Source: Atractiella rhizophila (lineage: Eukaryota). From it: 20,000 nt of DNA. The notes below the pieces were generated by a model. The model ran no database searches and had not been told where the DNA came from. It saw only the letters and a program-made list of their open reading frames with translations. A program made the position numbers and the translations under genes. Numbering within the stretch: position 1 is the stretch's first letter; each line of letters starts with the position of its first letter. Shown here piece after piece: positions 1 through 11,377 of this stretch. The DNA lies in the NCBI GenBank assembly GCA_021432655.1, contig MU271382.1, positions 53,121 through 73,120 on the forward strand, given 5' to 3'.

Positions 1-692
1 CCGAAAGGAGATGATCAAACTCAACCAGGTCAAATCACATCATGCACACATTGCACCACCTTTTGGTATGCTTGGTATCAGAGATGAACGTATAGTTTTA
101 GCAATTGATTTGGATAGGGGTCATTCTGAATAATAGTTTGATTTTTTCATTAGCCTGTTGCTTGCAAAGCAGAATATACATTTATGTGATATTCACCAAT
201 CTCGTAGGATGTCACCATGTCCATTTTAAGATGACTGGTCACCTCCTTCATGTAGCACATCATGTCCTCACAGCTTGTATCCCTAAAGACCAATGCAGTC
301 TTCGTCAGCTGCTGAGTCAAAGACAAGGCTATGGCTACCAGGAAACAAGAGGCCATTGAGCTCGAGAATCTTCTTCTGCGTTGAGGACGGTGTTGGGAAG
401 ACTCCAATATCGCGACCGAGTGCTGGGACGGTCTGCCACTATAGGTAAAAGCTCGCCTGATAGGTAAATGCTCGCCTTGATTAAGTGGGAGGTGAGGCGC
501 ACCTTTCAGGCCGGCCAAACCTCCGCAATCAGTTGCCCGAGGGCCTTGTCGGCAGGCCAGACCCAGGCATGGTATTCTTTTCATGTTCGCCATGCTGGCA
601 CAGTCCAGCCTCTCAGGAGGAGCCGAATTATTGATAGGGGTGACCTGTGAGTTTGACCTTCCTTTTATCGTCATGGAGCGTTTGTCGGCGTG

Positions 693-1204
693 TAGAGATG
701 TCAACGAGTATGGTACTTTGTGGGTACTTGTGCCACAGGTATCCGTGCACAACAAGTTACAAATCAGCTACAGAGGGTAAATTTTCATCAGGGGTACCCA
801 TTTGTAATCCCTGCTAAGTACCTAAGAGTACTCATGCGCATATGTCCTGAAATGGTAGGTACCCGTGGGGTACTTGTTTGAAAGAGTTAAAGAGAGTTTT
901 ATATCAATTTTTGATCTTTTTCACATTCAAAATGGCTCTATCTGGCTCTGAGATACAAGTAATAGTGGTGTTTAAACCATAAATAATGTATAATAAGTCA
1001 TCTATATAAACTAATGTACCTAAACTGTAAAATTATGTTGATGAGTAGAGTCTAAGTTAATACAAGGGTACTTGTGAGTAGTACTCATGAGTACAAGGGT
1101 ACCTGTGTCAAAGGTCACAACAAGTTACAAATCAGGCTTTAAGCTGATTGATACTTGTGAGTAAGGGTACCTGTACTCGTGAGTCCTACTCGTTGGCATC
1201 TCTA
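693..1204. mobile_element. Non-autonomous hAT-superfamily DNA transposon (MITE), 512 bp
   Basis: TIRs match at 17/18: TAGAGATGTCAACGAGTA (693-710) and the reverse complement of 1187-1204, TAGAGATGCCAACGAGTA. 8-bp TSD TCGGCGTG (685-692) / TTGGCGTG (1205-1212). Many subterminal GGGTAC/GAGTAC motifs, a duplicated CAACAAGTTACAAATCAG, an AT-rich core and no transposase ORF. An 8-bp TSD with TAG termini is typical of hAT elements. Confidence 0.9.
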
Positions 1205-1878
1205 TTGGCGTGGATAAGAGTAGGAGCGGGACGAGGGAGGTTTAGAAGGTCACAGCTGGATATAGGAAACAAGAGGGGTTGACTTGGAATGAACCTGCAT
1301 CTAGATAGCAATCAAATAAGATAGCGACAACAAGGTCATGTTCTCATAGAAATGGATGCTCTATCCGGGGGAAATGCGGACACATAAGGGTGGGGAACTG
1401 CTCGAAAAAAGTATGCTAACAGTGGAGTGGAGGTGTAATATAATGATGTACTCGCCAAATTCCTCCTCTCCCTCAATCCTGAACCAGTTCTCTGCTCCGC
1501 CAACCACCGTCCGAGCTCTACCCTACGCGGGCTAGTGCCATACCTGGTAGGGCTAGCCTCATGCTCATCAGCGCAGCGACAAGGTCCTGACAAAGTGGCT
1601 GGACTCGAAGAACAATTTCGAGTGGCCGAAATAACGTCCGGAGCCGAAAAATCTGGCTCCGGAGCGAATTGTTGCCCGTCGTGAGTATTCCAGCATTAGC
1701 ATTAGGTGCAGCAGTCCCAACAACACCTAATCCATCGACACCATCCGTCTCTCGCGAACGGTTTACTGATATTCCTTCTTTTCCGATCCTCAAGTCGATT
1801 TCGAGCTGAGCCTAGGATGCCTGAGGCCGAGGTTTCGTCGCGTAGAGGTGCTGCAACGCAGGCACGATTGATCTCTCT

Positions 1879-3737
1879 TTGGCTTCATTCTTCTCCCGTA
1901 ACACGATTTATGGGCTACAGTGTGATTTCTCTTCTCAGTGGGAGGATTCTCAGAAATCAGAATCGACTGTCCTCGTTCATCGAATCGCCCCAAGAAGACT
2001 ACCCGCTTCAAATTTGCTCCAGCTTTCCTTCCTTCCCTCTTTCCTATCCCTCCTACCGCTGACAATTCACACACTCCGTTGTAATTTTGTCTTACCTCTA
2101 GAATTCACACGCGACGATCTTGTAAAGTCGATCCCGAAATTGTCCTATTTTTCACTTGAACCTATCGGAAATGCCGTCGAGAACGATGGTGTGGCGAACC
2201 TTTGGATTACTCTCGACCGGAATTATTTCATTATAACCTTTGGGACGTCACTGTGGTGCTTGAACGACAAGAAGTGGCACTTGAATGGCAGGCAGTTGAC
2301 CCGCACGTTTGTTCTTCCAGAAAATCGCTCTCAGGCTATCTTCAACCCCTTAGCCCTATATTCTGACGACGAACAGGCGTTCGTCCCAATCAGCGATGGG
2401 GAATGGCCAGCCGTCTCATCCCTCTGGGAAAACAATGCGAACATCCTGCAAATCTCACTGTCCCCATCTTCACTGTCCTGCCCCATCTTGCGCCTGCCTG
2501 TCGAGCTCCTTTCTCTCCTCTTCGATTTTGTCAAATTATTCTCGATCTAGACGAAATCAGAAGTTATTTTATCTGGGCACTCGCTGAACCCCCGAGACTC
2601 CACGAAGTCTGCCAGCTCTGGAGGACTCTTTCAATTCCTTACTTGGAAGAACCCTATTCTGTGAAGAAGAAGCATGCTCACTTAAAACTGCATCCTCGCA
2701 GTGGACGTCTGTGGCTTTCCCTGCGGTTTAATGGTTATATGAGTGTTGAGCTTGCAAAAGAAGTCGTCGCGAGTTCGCCGAATGTTACGTCGTTGGACCT
2801 GAATGCAGTTTGGGATGAACAAGAGGCAAGGATGATTTTGAGTGCTGTCGAAGGTTTGAAAAGGGTGGAAGACATATCCTTTGGATGAATGCGAGTGAGA
2901 GATCCGAGGCAGAAGGAGGGTGAGCATTGTCGGCCCAAAAAGTGGAAGAAGTGTGAACTGGAGAACTTTATGCGAAGGGCGAGTGAGAAGATTACATCGC
3001 TCGATATTCACAACGTGGACGACTGTTCCTCCTTCTCCTCTCCTCCTCTGCCGCCAGCGGGTCTCCAATTACCTCTTAGCTTAACATCCCTGGAACTTGA
3101 CAAATACCTACCCCTCCCCTCGCTCTCCCTCCCGCAAACTCTCCGAGAGCTGACTCTCAACAAGTTGTGCCCACTCCCTCCTTCCATCTCAAGCTCCCTT
3201 CTGCCGCCTCAGCTGCGAAGGCTCAAAATCATACTCGCCCCCTTCTCCGCTGGCGGACAGACCTCCATCCTACTGGCTCCGCTCAACTTAACACATCTCG
3301 AACACCTTACCCTCCTCATCCTCGACGGTGGCGAGGAATCGTCAAACCTGGATTCCCTCAAGTTCTTCCGTACCCTTAAAAACTCAAAGAAAATAGTCAC
3401 GATAGAGATTTCGTACTGTGTGGTGGAGTCAATCGATTTTCCAGACTTCATCCGTTGGTTCTTTAGTGATCGGCGAGAGGATGGGGAGTTGGCTGAGGAT
3501 GAATCTGTTAAGGTGGATACACTCACTTTAAGGGTTCAGTTATTCTTTGGAGCATGGACCGACGAGGAATTTTGGACTTCCAGGAGAATGATAGAGGAGA
3601 GTGTGACAGAGAAAGATCTGAAAGATCTGGAGTCGAAAAAAAAGGTGGAAGTTTCGGAGGGTGGGGACGACTTTCAGCCCAAGGATGATACGACTGAAAT
3701 GACAGACTCACAATCGCCGTCGGTGCCTGAGAATTGA
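1879..3737 (+). pseudogene. F-box / LRR-like protein, copy 1 (intronless, disrupted)
   Basis: ORFs 1879-2550, 2403-2888 and 2889-3737 join into one protein collinear with the 7420-9127 paralogue. F-box motif LPVELLSLLFDFV...LHEVCQLWRTL and Leu-rich C-terminus (LPLSLTSLEL, LPQTLRELTL, LTHLEHLTLLIL). Frameshift at ~2535-2545, in-frame TGA at 2886-2888 and no in-frame ATG, so the start is approximate. Confidence 0.75.
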
Positions 3738-4297
3738 AGGAAGCGTTTGTGGATACGATAGTACCACTAGGGGATTCACCTTGTCTTGTGAGCTTACACG
3801 GCCTCATACGACCGCTCCAACGGAAGTACTTTTGCCGAATGTCAATTACTGCTACAATCATGCAACCGCTTTGAATTATTATCGTTCACCGGATCCTCAA
3901 CAACACGATGCATCTAGGTGCTCGATAGTTCTTCAGCAACCATTGCGCTGCACCTTGGCCTCAAAACTTAAGGTGAACACTAGCCAAGTGGAGTAGCTAA
4001 CCTCAAGTCTGCAGGAAATAGCACCTGGCTGGAGAGGAAAACTTCTGGGCTGGGTATTTTCGTTTTCACTTCCTACATCCGTTTTTACTTCGTTGCGCTT
4101 CGAATCCTTGTATGTGGAGCTAACAGATGATTTAAGAAGGTTTCAACCTGAACAATGGGTTCGTTGATCCACCCAGTTTAACATGTGTGTTCCCTCTCTC
4201 GAATGCGAAAGCCAGTCAATTCCTCAAGCTTTATCCAACGGCGATCAGATGCTATGCTCATCTCCCATCCATTGTCACCTATTTACTGTTATGACCC

Positions 4298-5838
4298 TTA
4301 ATCTGCCATCACGACTGCTGCCATTCCCTGAATATTGAATCCATTGAGTTTGAATCCCGCCGCTTCCGCTGCAGGGCTCATGTCAAGCTGTTGGATGATC
4401 TTTGCCTGACCTGGAGCATCCAAAGACATAACGTTGATGGTCGTCGCATTCGCGCCATTGACGAACATGAAGCTATTCAGCATCAGCTTCATTGCGAAAC
4501 AAGAAGGGATACGGACTCTTTGCCAGAAAGAGAGACAATCTTGTTGTCGATGGTTCCGAAGCCATCGCCTTGAGGGTATTGCTAGAGACTTTCAGCAATG
4601 GAAGAGGGATAACGCGATGGACAAACCTTGACGATTGTGGCATTCAACTTTTCATCAACATTCACTTCCGTCACCTATCTTACGTTCAGGGATTTCGCAT
4701 ACAAAAGAAGGGAAACCTCACCAAAGAAGTAGCGATGTCTGTCATGTAGAAGTTCCCTGTCGCCTTCGACCGCTGAATCCAGCACACTGCTCCTTGGCCA
4801 TTCACCTTGATCGCGCTCGACTTCGTGTGGTCCTTCAAGTCGATTACTGTGAATCCGACGGCTGGATCTGTCGCAATCAAAGCGTTCGTTCCAGGTATCA
4901 ACGAAGAGCCGAAAGGTAGAGCGCCACCAGCTGGCGGGGGGACAGCAGTAAATTGTTCAGAAAGAGTTCCCTTAGCATCCACATCCCAAACCGCCAAATT
5001 TCCCGGAGCGTCAGGAGCGCCTTTAATCATCGCGATGACTTGAGTGCCATCTTCGCTAAATAGAATGTGGCTCGCTGTTTTGGCCGGACCGGCTGGAGGT
5101 GTCGTTTGGTTGAGATCTAGAGAACGGAAACTGGTGGATGGACAGGCGCGCATCCCTTTGACGGACGAGACCAAGAAACACGCTAGCCCAATCTCAGATC
5201 TCTGTCCTCGTCAAAGAACAAGAGGGGGACACACCAACTCCAGCCTTTGCACCTCCATTGAGCGCACACAGCTGATCCCCCACCGGGTTGAAAGCCAAAC
5301 TGACTGGGAATTCCCCCCCAGAGCTAACAGGTTTACCTAGTAGTCGGAGTTGAGAAGGATTGCGTTGATCGATCGCAAATAGAGATATCGAATTGCTGCC
5401 TGGGTTCACTGCTGCAAGCAGGCTACCGTTGGAGGATGTGACGACAGAGCCTTGTGAGAAGAGAGGATCTGGGGAGTCTACGGGATCCGTAACGCCTCGA
5501 GATCCTTTACCGCCAATCCTGAAGGCTCTTGCAAGAGACTATATCACGCTCATAAGGACGAGCAGAAGCTGAGAGGAGCTAACAGACCAATTCACCGTTG
5601 GGAGCAATGTTGGCTGTAACCACAAAGTTGTTTTCGCCTGGCTCATTTGAAATGACTATGTCTCGCCTCAGCGAGTGCTTCTTTCCAATCTGGACTTACA
5701 ATAAGCAGCGCCAGCGACAGTAGCCAAATTCACTCCGCGATTCAGTTGATGACCTCCTCGGCGACTTCCCGTCTCGAGGGGAGCCGCAAATGATGAAGAG
5801 AATAAGGCAACGGTGGAAAGGAAAGTGAGGAGCCTCAT
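4298..5838 (-). CDS. Secreted lactonase-like 7-bladed beta-propeller protein (fungal 3-carboxymuconate cyclase-like family), 419 aa, 7 exons
   Basis: Exons on the minus strand: 5838-5700, 5655-5588, 5538-5235, 5182-4722, 4674-4627, 4581-4517, 4472-4298. Six GT-AG introns of 44-52 nt splice into an open 1260-nt frame. Signal peptide MRLLTFLSTVALFSSSFA. Family motifs GAAYFISNEP, DPLFSQGSV, VNPGSNSISLF, SGGEFPVS, LNGGAKAGVACF, GQGAVCW. Enzymatic activity is not established. Confidence 0.88.
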
Positions 5839-6522
5839 TTCGATAAAAGGGGTTTGAAAACAAAGTCGACTGGCGACAAAAGATTACGGAATTGCTGCTA
5901 GAAAGATGAAACTTCGAAGCAACTTCAAGTTAGGATGACGGCCACACTACCATAAGATGAAAAGGTTCTGCCTTCTTGACACCAGGCCACTTCGCCCACT
6001 CGCACAAAGAGAACAGCTCTTTGAATCCAAAGGAACGATGGCTTTCAAGGGACAAAGGCCTTTTGGACCTTTTTTATAGAGGCACAAGGTCGGTTATAGA
6101 CATTCCAACCGTGTTGCTAAGGGAGGATTGCAGTGGACTGCCCCCAGCTCCAACAAATACAATTGAGGGTTGCCTACACCATCAAAGACAATATGTGGAC
6201 GAGCGCAAGTCCTATAACCGCCATTGATGATTCATGATTTTCATGGAGCTCGATGGAGCTGGTCAGCTAGACGCGACGGGCTTTGGTGTGTGGGTACGCC
6301 GAGGAGAAAGAGAAAAGCTTTCCCTACAGTACTTCCGAGTCGAAGCTTCAATAGCTGTTAGCACTTGATTGTAGGCATTAATAGCAGTTGGAGGCACGAA
6401 ACATGTAAGTTCCAAACCTCAGACCTTATTCAGGCCCATAAATTGCTACAAGTAAGATTGGGAATCTTAAAATCCCTTACATTACGGCAACACTACATGG
6501 TCTGGGATCGCTGGCATAGTCC

Positions 6523-7103
6523 TAGTGTGCGGGGTAATACCTTACCGTTCTGCCATTAAGGTATTGCCAAAGTTCTGCCACAGCGACTTTTTTGTTCTGC
6601 CATTGTTCCGCTAGGCAGGCGGCCACATCGGTTAGCTGCCATGCCGTTTGGGAGCTTAATTTTGAGCTTAACTTTGAATTTTTTTTGAGGCGCTCTATTT
6701 TTACTGTAATTGTTTTGTCTCGTGTTGTTCTTTTCGAATCGACCCCGTTACGAGAATGCCAAAACAAGAGTATCCACTCACAATGAAGAGCACTTCTCAA
6801 GGAGTGAAGGAGGTCATCTTCTGTGGTACACATTCCTGCAGCTTTCCCGATGGTTCGAAGAGCAGAAGATTCAGGATCAGATGTCGCGAGCAAGCGCGCC
6901 CGTCTCAATTGACCATTTGAGCCGTGGGAACCCCTTTATTATATGCTTCTTTGAAATAAATGATATTGCCTGACTGCTAGATATGCCTACAATCCTCTGA
7001 AACTGCAATTTAGTGTTCTGCCCTTCTGCCATTCGTATTGCCATCTGCCATGGCAATACCTTATGTTCTGCCACGCCCCAAAATCGTATTGCCCCTAAGG
7101 CTA
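6523..7103. mobile_element. Second non-autonomous hAT-like MITE (older, degenerate), ~581 bp
   Basis: Imperfect TIRs: TAGTGTGCGGGGTAATAC (6523-6540) vs TAGCCTTAGGGGCAATAC (reverse complement of the right end). Flanks CATAGTCC (6515-6522) and CATGATAGTCC (7104-7114) look like an 8-bp TSD with a 3-bp insertion. Dense TTCTGCCA/TATTGCC repeats at both ends (~6545-6645 and ~6965-7095). Confidence 0.7.
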
Positions 7104-7419
7104 CATGATAGTCCCATTTCGCTCTAAATGATTGACCTGGCTTCCAGCTTATGAATATAGCTAAAATATTATCCAGTTATCTCTCCCTATGATTTCCGTT
7201 AATCGTATGCGCTTGAAGACGGCTGGAGAGGTGTGAAAGGAGTTCGGGGATATGACTAGCCTAGGGTTGCTGTCTATGTCTTTTCCAAGTTAGGCACCCG
7301 CCGCTTCCAGAAGAAGGAAGGTGTTGCCGCAGTTGAAGGTCAGACTGTATCTCACATTCACATTCTCACGTATGCCAATGATAACGCAGATTCACGGATA
7401 GTCTGCCGCCATTTTCGAA

Positions 7420-9127
7420 ATGACTGAGACGCAAACATCCATCTTTGATTTTCAGGACTTGGAAGCGACAGCACTTGTCCAGCTTATCACTCCAGAAGCG
7501 TATACGACTTCACTCAAACTGTCCATTCTTCCCTCTCTCCTCTCCTACCTCCCTCCATCAATCCGTACGTTACGGTTCACGTTTTTCTTGCCCCTTACAT
7601 TCCTGGATTCGACCTGCTGAGGTAACCTCGAAACTATCCTCTTTCCCACTCAAATGTCTCCAAAATGTAGTTGAAACCGACAGAGTGATTAATATTTGGA
7701 TCAATATTGACGAGAGAAGTGTCACAGTTACCGTTACCTTTGAAGCGGATGAAGGCCGTGCACTCGTCCATTCTGAAAATTGGCCCTCACTCGACAACGG
7801 CTTAATTCGCAAGTTACCTCTCTCAGAGGATCGTTCTCAGGCCCCCTTCGCACCGATCGCGTTATATAATGAAAACCAACGGCGCTTCTTTCCAATTAGT
7901 GATCATGAAGCATCACCTCTTCCGTCCCTCCGTCAGAAAATTGGGACCAGCATCCAACTCTCAATCTCCCCAACTCTGGTGCTTCATCCATGCTCCATCT
8001 CACACCTCCCTAGAGAGTTGCTCTCTATCATCTTCGATTTTTTCACCGACAGCGAACCCAGATACAGCGCAGCCTCCATGCTCTCTGTTGTCTGCAAGCA
8101 CTGGCTAGCGGTTGCGGCCGCTTATTGGAACAGCGCTGCTCATGCTTGTGCGGAAGTGAAGCACGCTCACTTGAATCTGTATCCTGGTGCTGGAAGGCGA
8201 TGGAGAAAACTGCGGTTCAAAGAAAGGATAAACGTTGGAATGGTGAAAGAGGTCATAGCTGGCTCCCCGAATGTTACCTAAGTGTGGGTGGATGCGTTTT
8301 GGAGTGAAAGGGAGGCGGAGATGGTTTTGCTTGCGATTGAAAGCTTGAAAACGCTGAAAAAGTTAACCTTTGGACAATTCGGTTCGAGAAAGTGGAGGAA
8401 GAAGGAAGTCGAGACTTTCATGTGGAGGATGAGCGGGAGGGTCAAACAACTCGAAGCTGACGAAGTGGAGAACTCTGCTTATTCGACATCAGCCGGGCTC
8501 CAATTATCTCCTGGCCTAACATCCTTGTTCCTTCGAACGTATCCACCTCTCCCATCGCTCTCCTTTCCGCTCTCCCTCCTGACCCTGAGTCTCTCCAACA
8601 TGTGTCCCCTCCCACCTCCCATCTCAGATTTCCCTCTACCACCTCTTCTCGAACATCTCCGAATGGAACTTTCCCCTTTCTCGGTGGATCAAGATATGTC
8701 CATCCTCTCCACTCCACTCGACTTTTCCCATCTCACACACCTCCCTGCGCTCTTCCTTGACGGTGGAGGTGAAACTTCAAACCTCGTTTCCCCCGACTTC
8801 TTCAGCACTCTAGAAAATGCAAAAGCGATCGAACGCATAGAGGTTATGTACTGCGTGGTAGAGTGGATCAATTTCCGAGAATGTATCTCCTGGTTCTTTG
8901 GAGATCGTGGAGTGAAGAAAGTGAAGAAGGACTGGGATGTGACTGAGGAGGATGGTTCCCAGGAGAGAGAACCGAGCGAACGAGGTTTACAGGTTCTGTT
9001 GTTATTTGGAGAATGGGAGGAGGAAGAAATCAGGATCACTGGCAGGATGATGAGAGAGTGTGGTGTTGGCGACCTGGGGCCGTCAAAGATTTGTTGGGGC
9101 AGTGTTCTGGAAGATGATGGGAGTTAA
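7420..9127 (+). pseudogene. F-box / LRR-like protein, copy 2 (intronless, disrupted)
   Basis: ATG at 7420. ORFs 7420-7620, 7445-8281 and 8282-9127 join via a frameshift at ~7600-7610 and an in-frame TAA at 8279-8281. F-box LPRELLSIIFDFF...LSVVCKHWLAV. C-terminus aligns with copy 1 (MCPLPPPIS/LCPLPPSIS, LDGGGETSNL/LDGGEESSNL, YCVVE, FGEW/FGAW). Confidence 0.8.
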
Positions 9128-9216
9128 CTTTCCGAGTAAGATGCGCCAGGAAGTTACTCAGTAAAGGAACTGTCACTTTTACGTTGGCAGACTCTTTCAA
9201 CGGAGCGTGAGAGCCT

Positions 9217-11149
9217 TTATTTCATTAAGTTGGTGATATATTGTATGGATGTACATGGTCTAAGTCCTTGAATTGAATGTCCTAGGAAATGCCACCAAAA
9301 GCAGAATGTATTACCAACTAAAGTCGGCTTGTTTATTTGCCATCCCCATATAAGGAACAACAAGCGACCGTGCCAGTGAAAGCACCTGTTTTCAGGTCCG
9401 CGAGGAATTTTCCTAAAAAGTGACGAAGACGTACCATTAGTCACGGAATTGGAGCAGCCGAAGATATCAGAGTCTCCATCAACCACGCAAGCCTGGTTCA
9501 CGGTCCAGTATCCACTGAGAGCTCCGCAAACCCTCGCGAGCTGACCATTGACGGCGGTGGTTCCACAGACCTCGCCTCCAGAGCAATCAGAGTTCGAAGA
9601 ACACGACGCCTGACTCCCACCAGTAGCCCACTGGTATTCATCCTCTTTTTTCAACGCGGCGTGCTGTTCATCATCATCATCATCCTCTCCTTCCGAGCAC
9701 CATAGTAGCAAATCCAAATCATTCTTCTTCACCCCCGCCGCGTCCAGTTCATCAGACATAGAGGAAGCCAGCATCGGAGCGAATTTGGTAGATGGAAGAC
9801 GGGGCTGCGATTCTCTCTTCTTTGCATGCGTAGACAAAGCAGCAACTGGGGAAGAATCCACAGTGGCGGACGGTTGATCATGAGTAGGTTGCAGTGGGTC
9901 CATCGGCTCCAACGATTTGAGTCCCGACGAGCCCAAGCTTGCTTCCCCCCTCTGTCGCAGGATCTGCTTCTCCTTTTCCTTCACATTACATTCGGTCTTC
10001 AAAGGCTGGGGAAGGGTGAAACTCGTCGATGAAGCCTCATCCTCATCCTCGCTAGCCACAATTTCGAAGCCCGTTATCACGTTCAAAGGATCGCCTTTGG
10101 CGGAGGGATATCGAGGATCTTCCTCCTCGTGGTCTCTCCCCATATCCGCTGGCTTCGTCGTTCGGGTTCCCGCGGCGGAGGGTTAAGCGGGGGGAGAGGT
10201 CTTAGCGGATTGGTGTAGCCAGGGTACAACTACGCGTGGTGGGGCTTTGGGGCGACGCGGGAGCAAAGATTTGGTCGCACCGGTGTGGACATGATTGCTA
10301 GACATTCGACCAACATGATTTGAGGAAAAACGAGGTGATGCACTAATGACCCTTTTGGCTCGACTGGGAGTCGTGAGAGACGGTTTCTTCTTTCCTGGAT
10401 ACTGGTGACACGGCTCCTTCACTTGCTGTGCAAGTTGCGGAAATGTCAAGCTCGGTGCGATCGTTCTCTTCAACTCTGCTGAGCTCGAGACTTTGAGGCT
10501 TGCGCTAAGAGGAAAAGTAACGCGCCGGTTCATCCATCCCAATCCATCCAACGGAATAATTCCATGCCGCTCAACAATGGCTTCCTCTGATGTTCCTCTT
10601 GGAGTCAGCGGTTTCGAGTTGGAAATACCAATGGAACTTGTGCTTGTGAGAGGAGCTTGGCGTTTAGCCAGTGAAGATGGAACAGGCACCGACGGTTTGC
10701 ACGCTGGGCTCCGGGTACCTCCATCCCTTCCCTCCCTAAATCCAGTCTCACGCTGTCCAAAACCGAGACCAAATCTGGGGACGCCTTAAACAACACCGCT
10801 TTGACGTTGTCTTCAACAAATCATCCTGGAGGAGGCCTTTCCAGGTCTCGAACAGTGCCTTGACGGTCTTTGGCTCCTTCGCGCGCATGGATGGAGTGCC
10901 GGATGAGGCATTTCTTCATACAACAGTCGCCACAGCGAGTTCTCGAATCGTCGACCCCTTTTAATTCCTGGAAGAGCCTTCGAGAACATGCCCCTGATGT
11001 ATTTTCCTGTCAACAACATTCAGTTTAAGTGGTGAGAGGACAGACCACATGTATCCGAAGTCCACAAGAGTAATCGGTTGGTCTGCTATCATTCCCAAAT
11101 CCTCAAAGGACATGGTAAGATGCAAATATCGTTGAGTATCGGTGACCAT
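9217..11149 (-). pseudogene. DUF1752 (AreA GATA-like N-terminal domain) family protein, decayed; possible DUF3295-like acidic region
   Basis: Exon 11149-11046, intron 11045-10994 (GT..CAG, 52 nt), then exon 2, giving YMWGMFSKALPGIKRGRRFENSLWRLLY. This matches the DUF1752 pattern W-x-x-F-S-K...G-R-R-L-E-N-x-x-W-R. Downstream Ser/Pro-rich and acidic segments need frameshifts at ~10890 and ~10700 and readthrough of TAA 10183-10185. The true 3' end is unclear, probably breaking at ~9400. Confidence 0.62.
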
Positions 11150-11377
11150 TTGATAGAGTTGGCGACTTCTAAATAAAAAAGCAGACGATATTCACACCTT
11201 GCGCTCGTCATTGAAGAGAGACGAACGAACCAAAGACCAGTGTCAGGTTTTCTGCCTAAAGGTCAGCTAAGCTAGGGGAGGAAAGACTTTGCATGACGTC
11301 AAACCAACCCAAAGATTGACGAGTATGGTCTTTTATCCTCAGCCATCATCCAATGAGATTGTTCTCTGATCTCCTGT

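Noticed and set aside
150..755. 201-aa minus-strand ORF whose tail (FLVAIALSL...CEDMMCYMK) vaguely recalls a Rab-GAP TBC C-terminus
   Set aside because: It starts inside the MITE, most of it is not protein-like, and no diagnostic TBC motifs are present. It may be a gene remnant but cannot be supported.
1336..1793. Short minus-strand ORFs upstream of F-box copy 1
   Set aside because: No recognisable motif and no consistent splice model.
5976..7074. Short ORFs in the intergenic and MITE-2 region, and antisense ORFs over the genes and RepHel
   Set aside because: No motifs, many have non-ATG starts, and they are explained as shadow frames or repeat-derived.
2886..10185. In-frame stops (TGA 2886, TAA 8279, TAA 10183) as signs of an alternative genetic code, readthrough or A-to-I stop editing
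   Set aside because: Each gene also has frameshifts, and TAA and TGA serve as real stops at 4298 and 17324. Simple pseudogenisation explains them.
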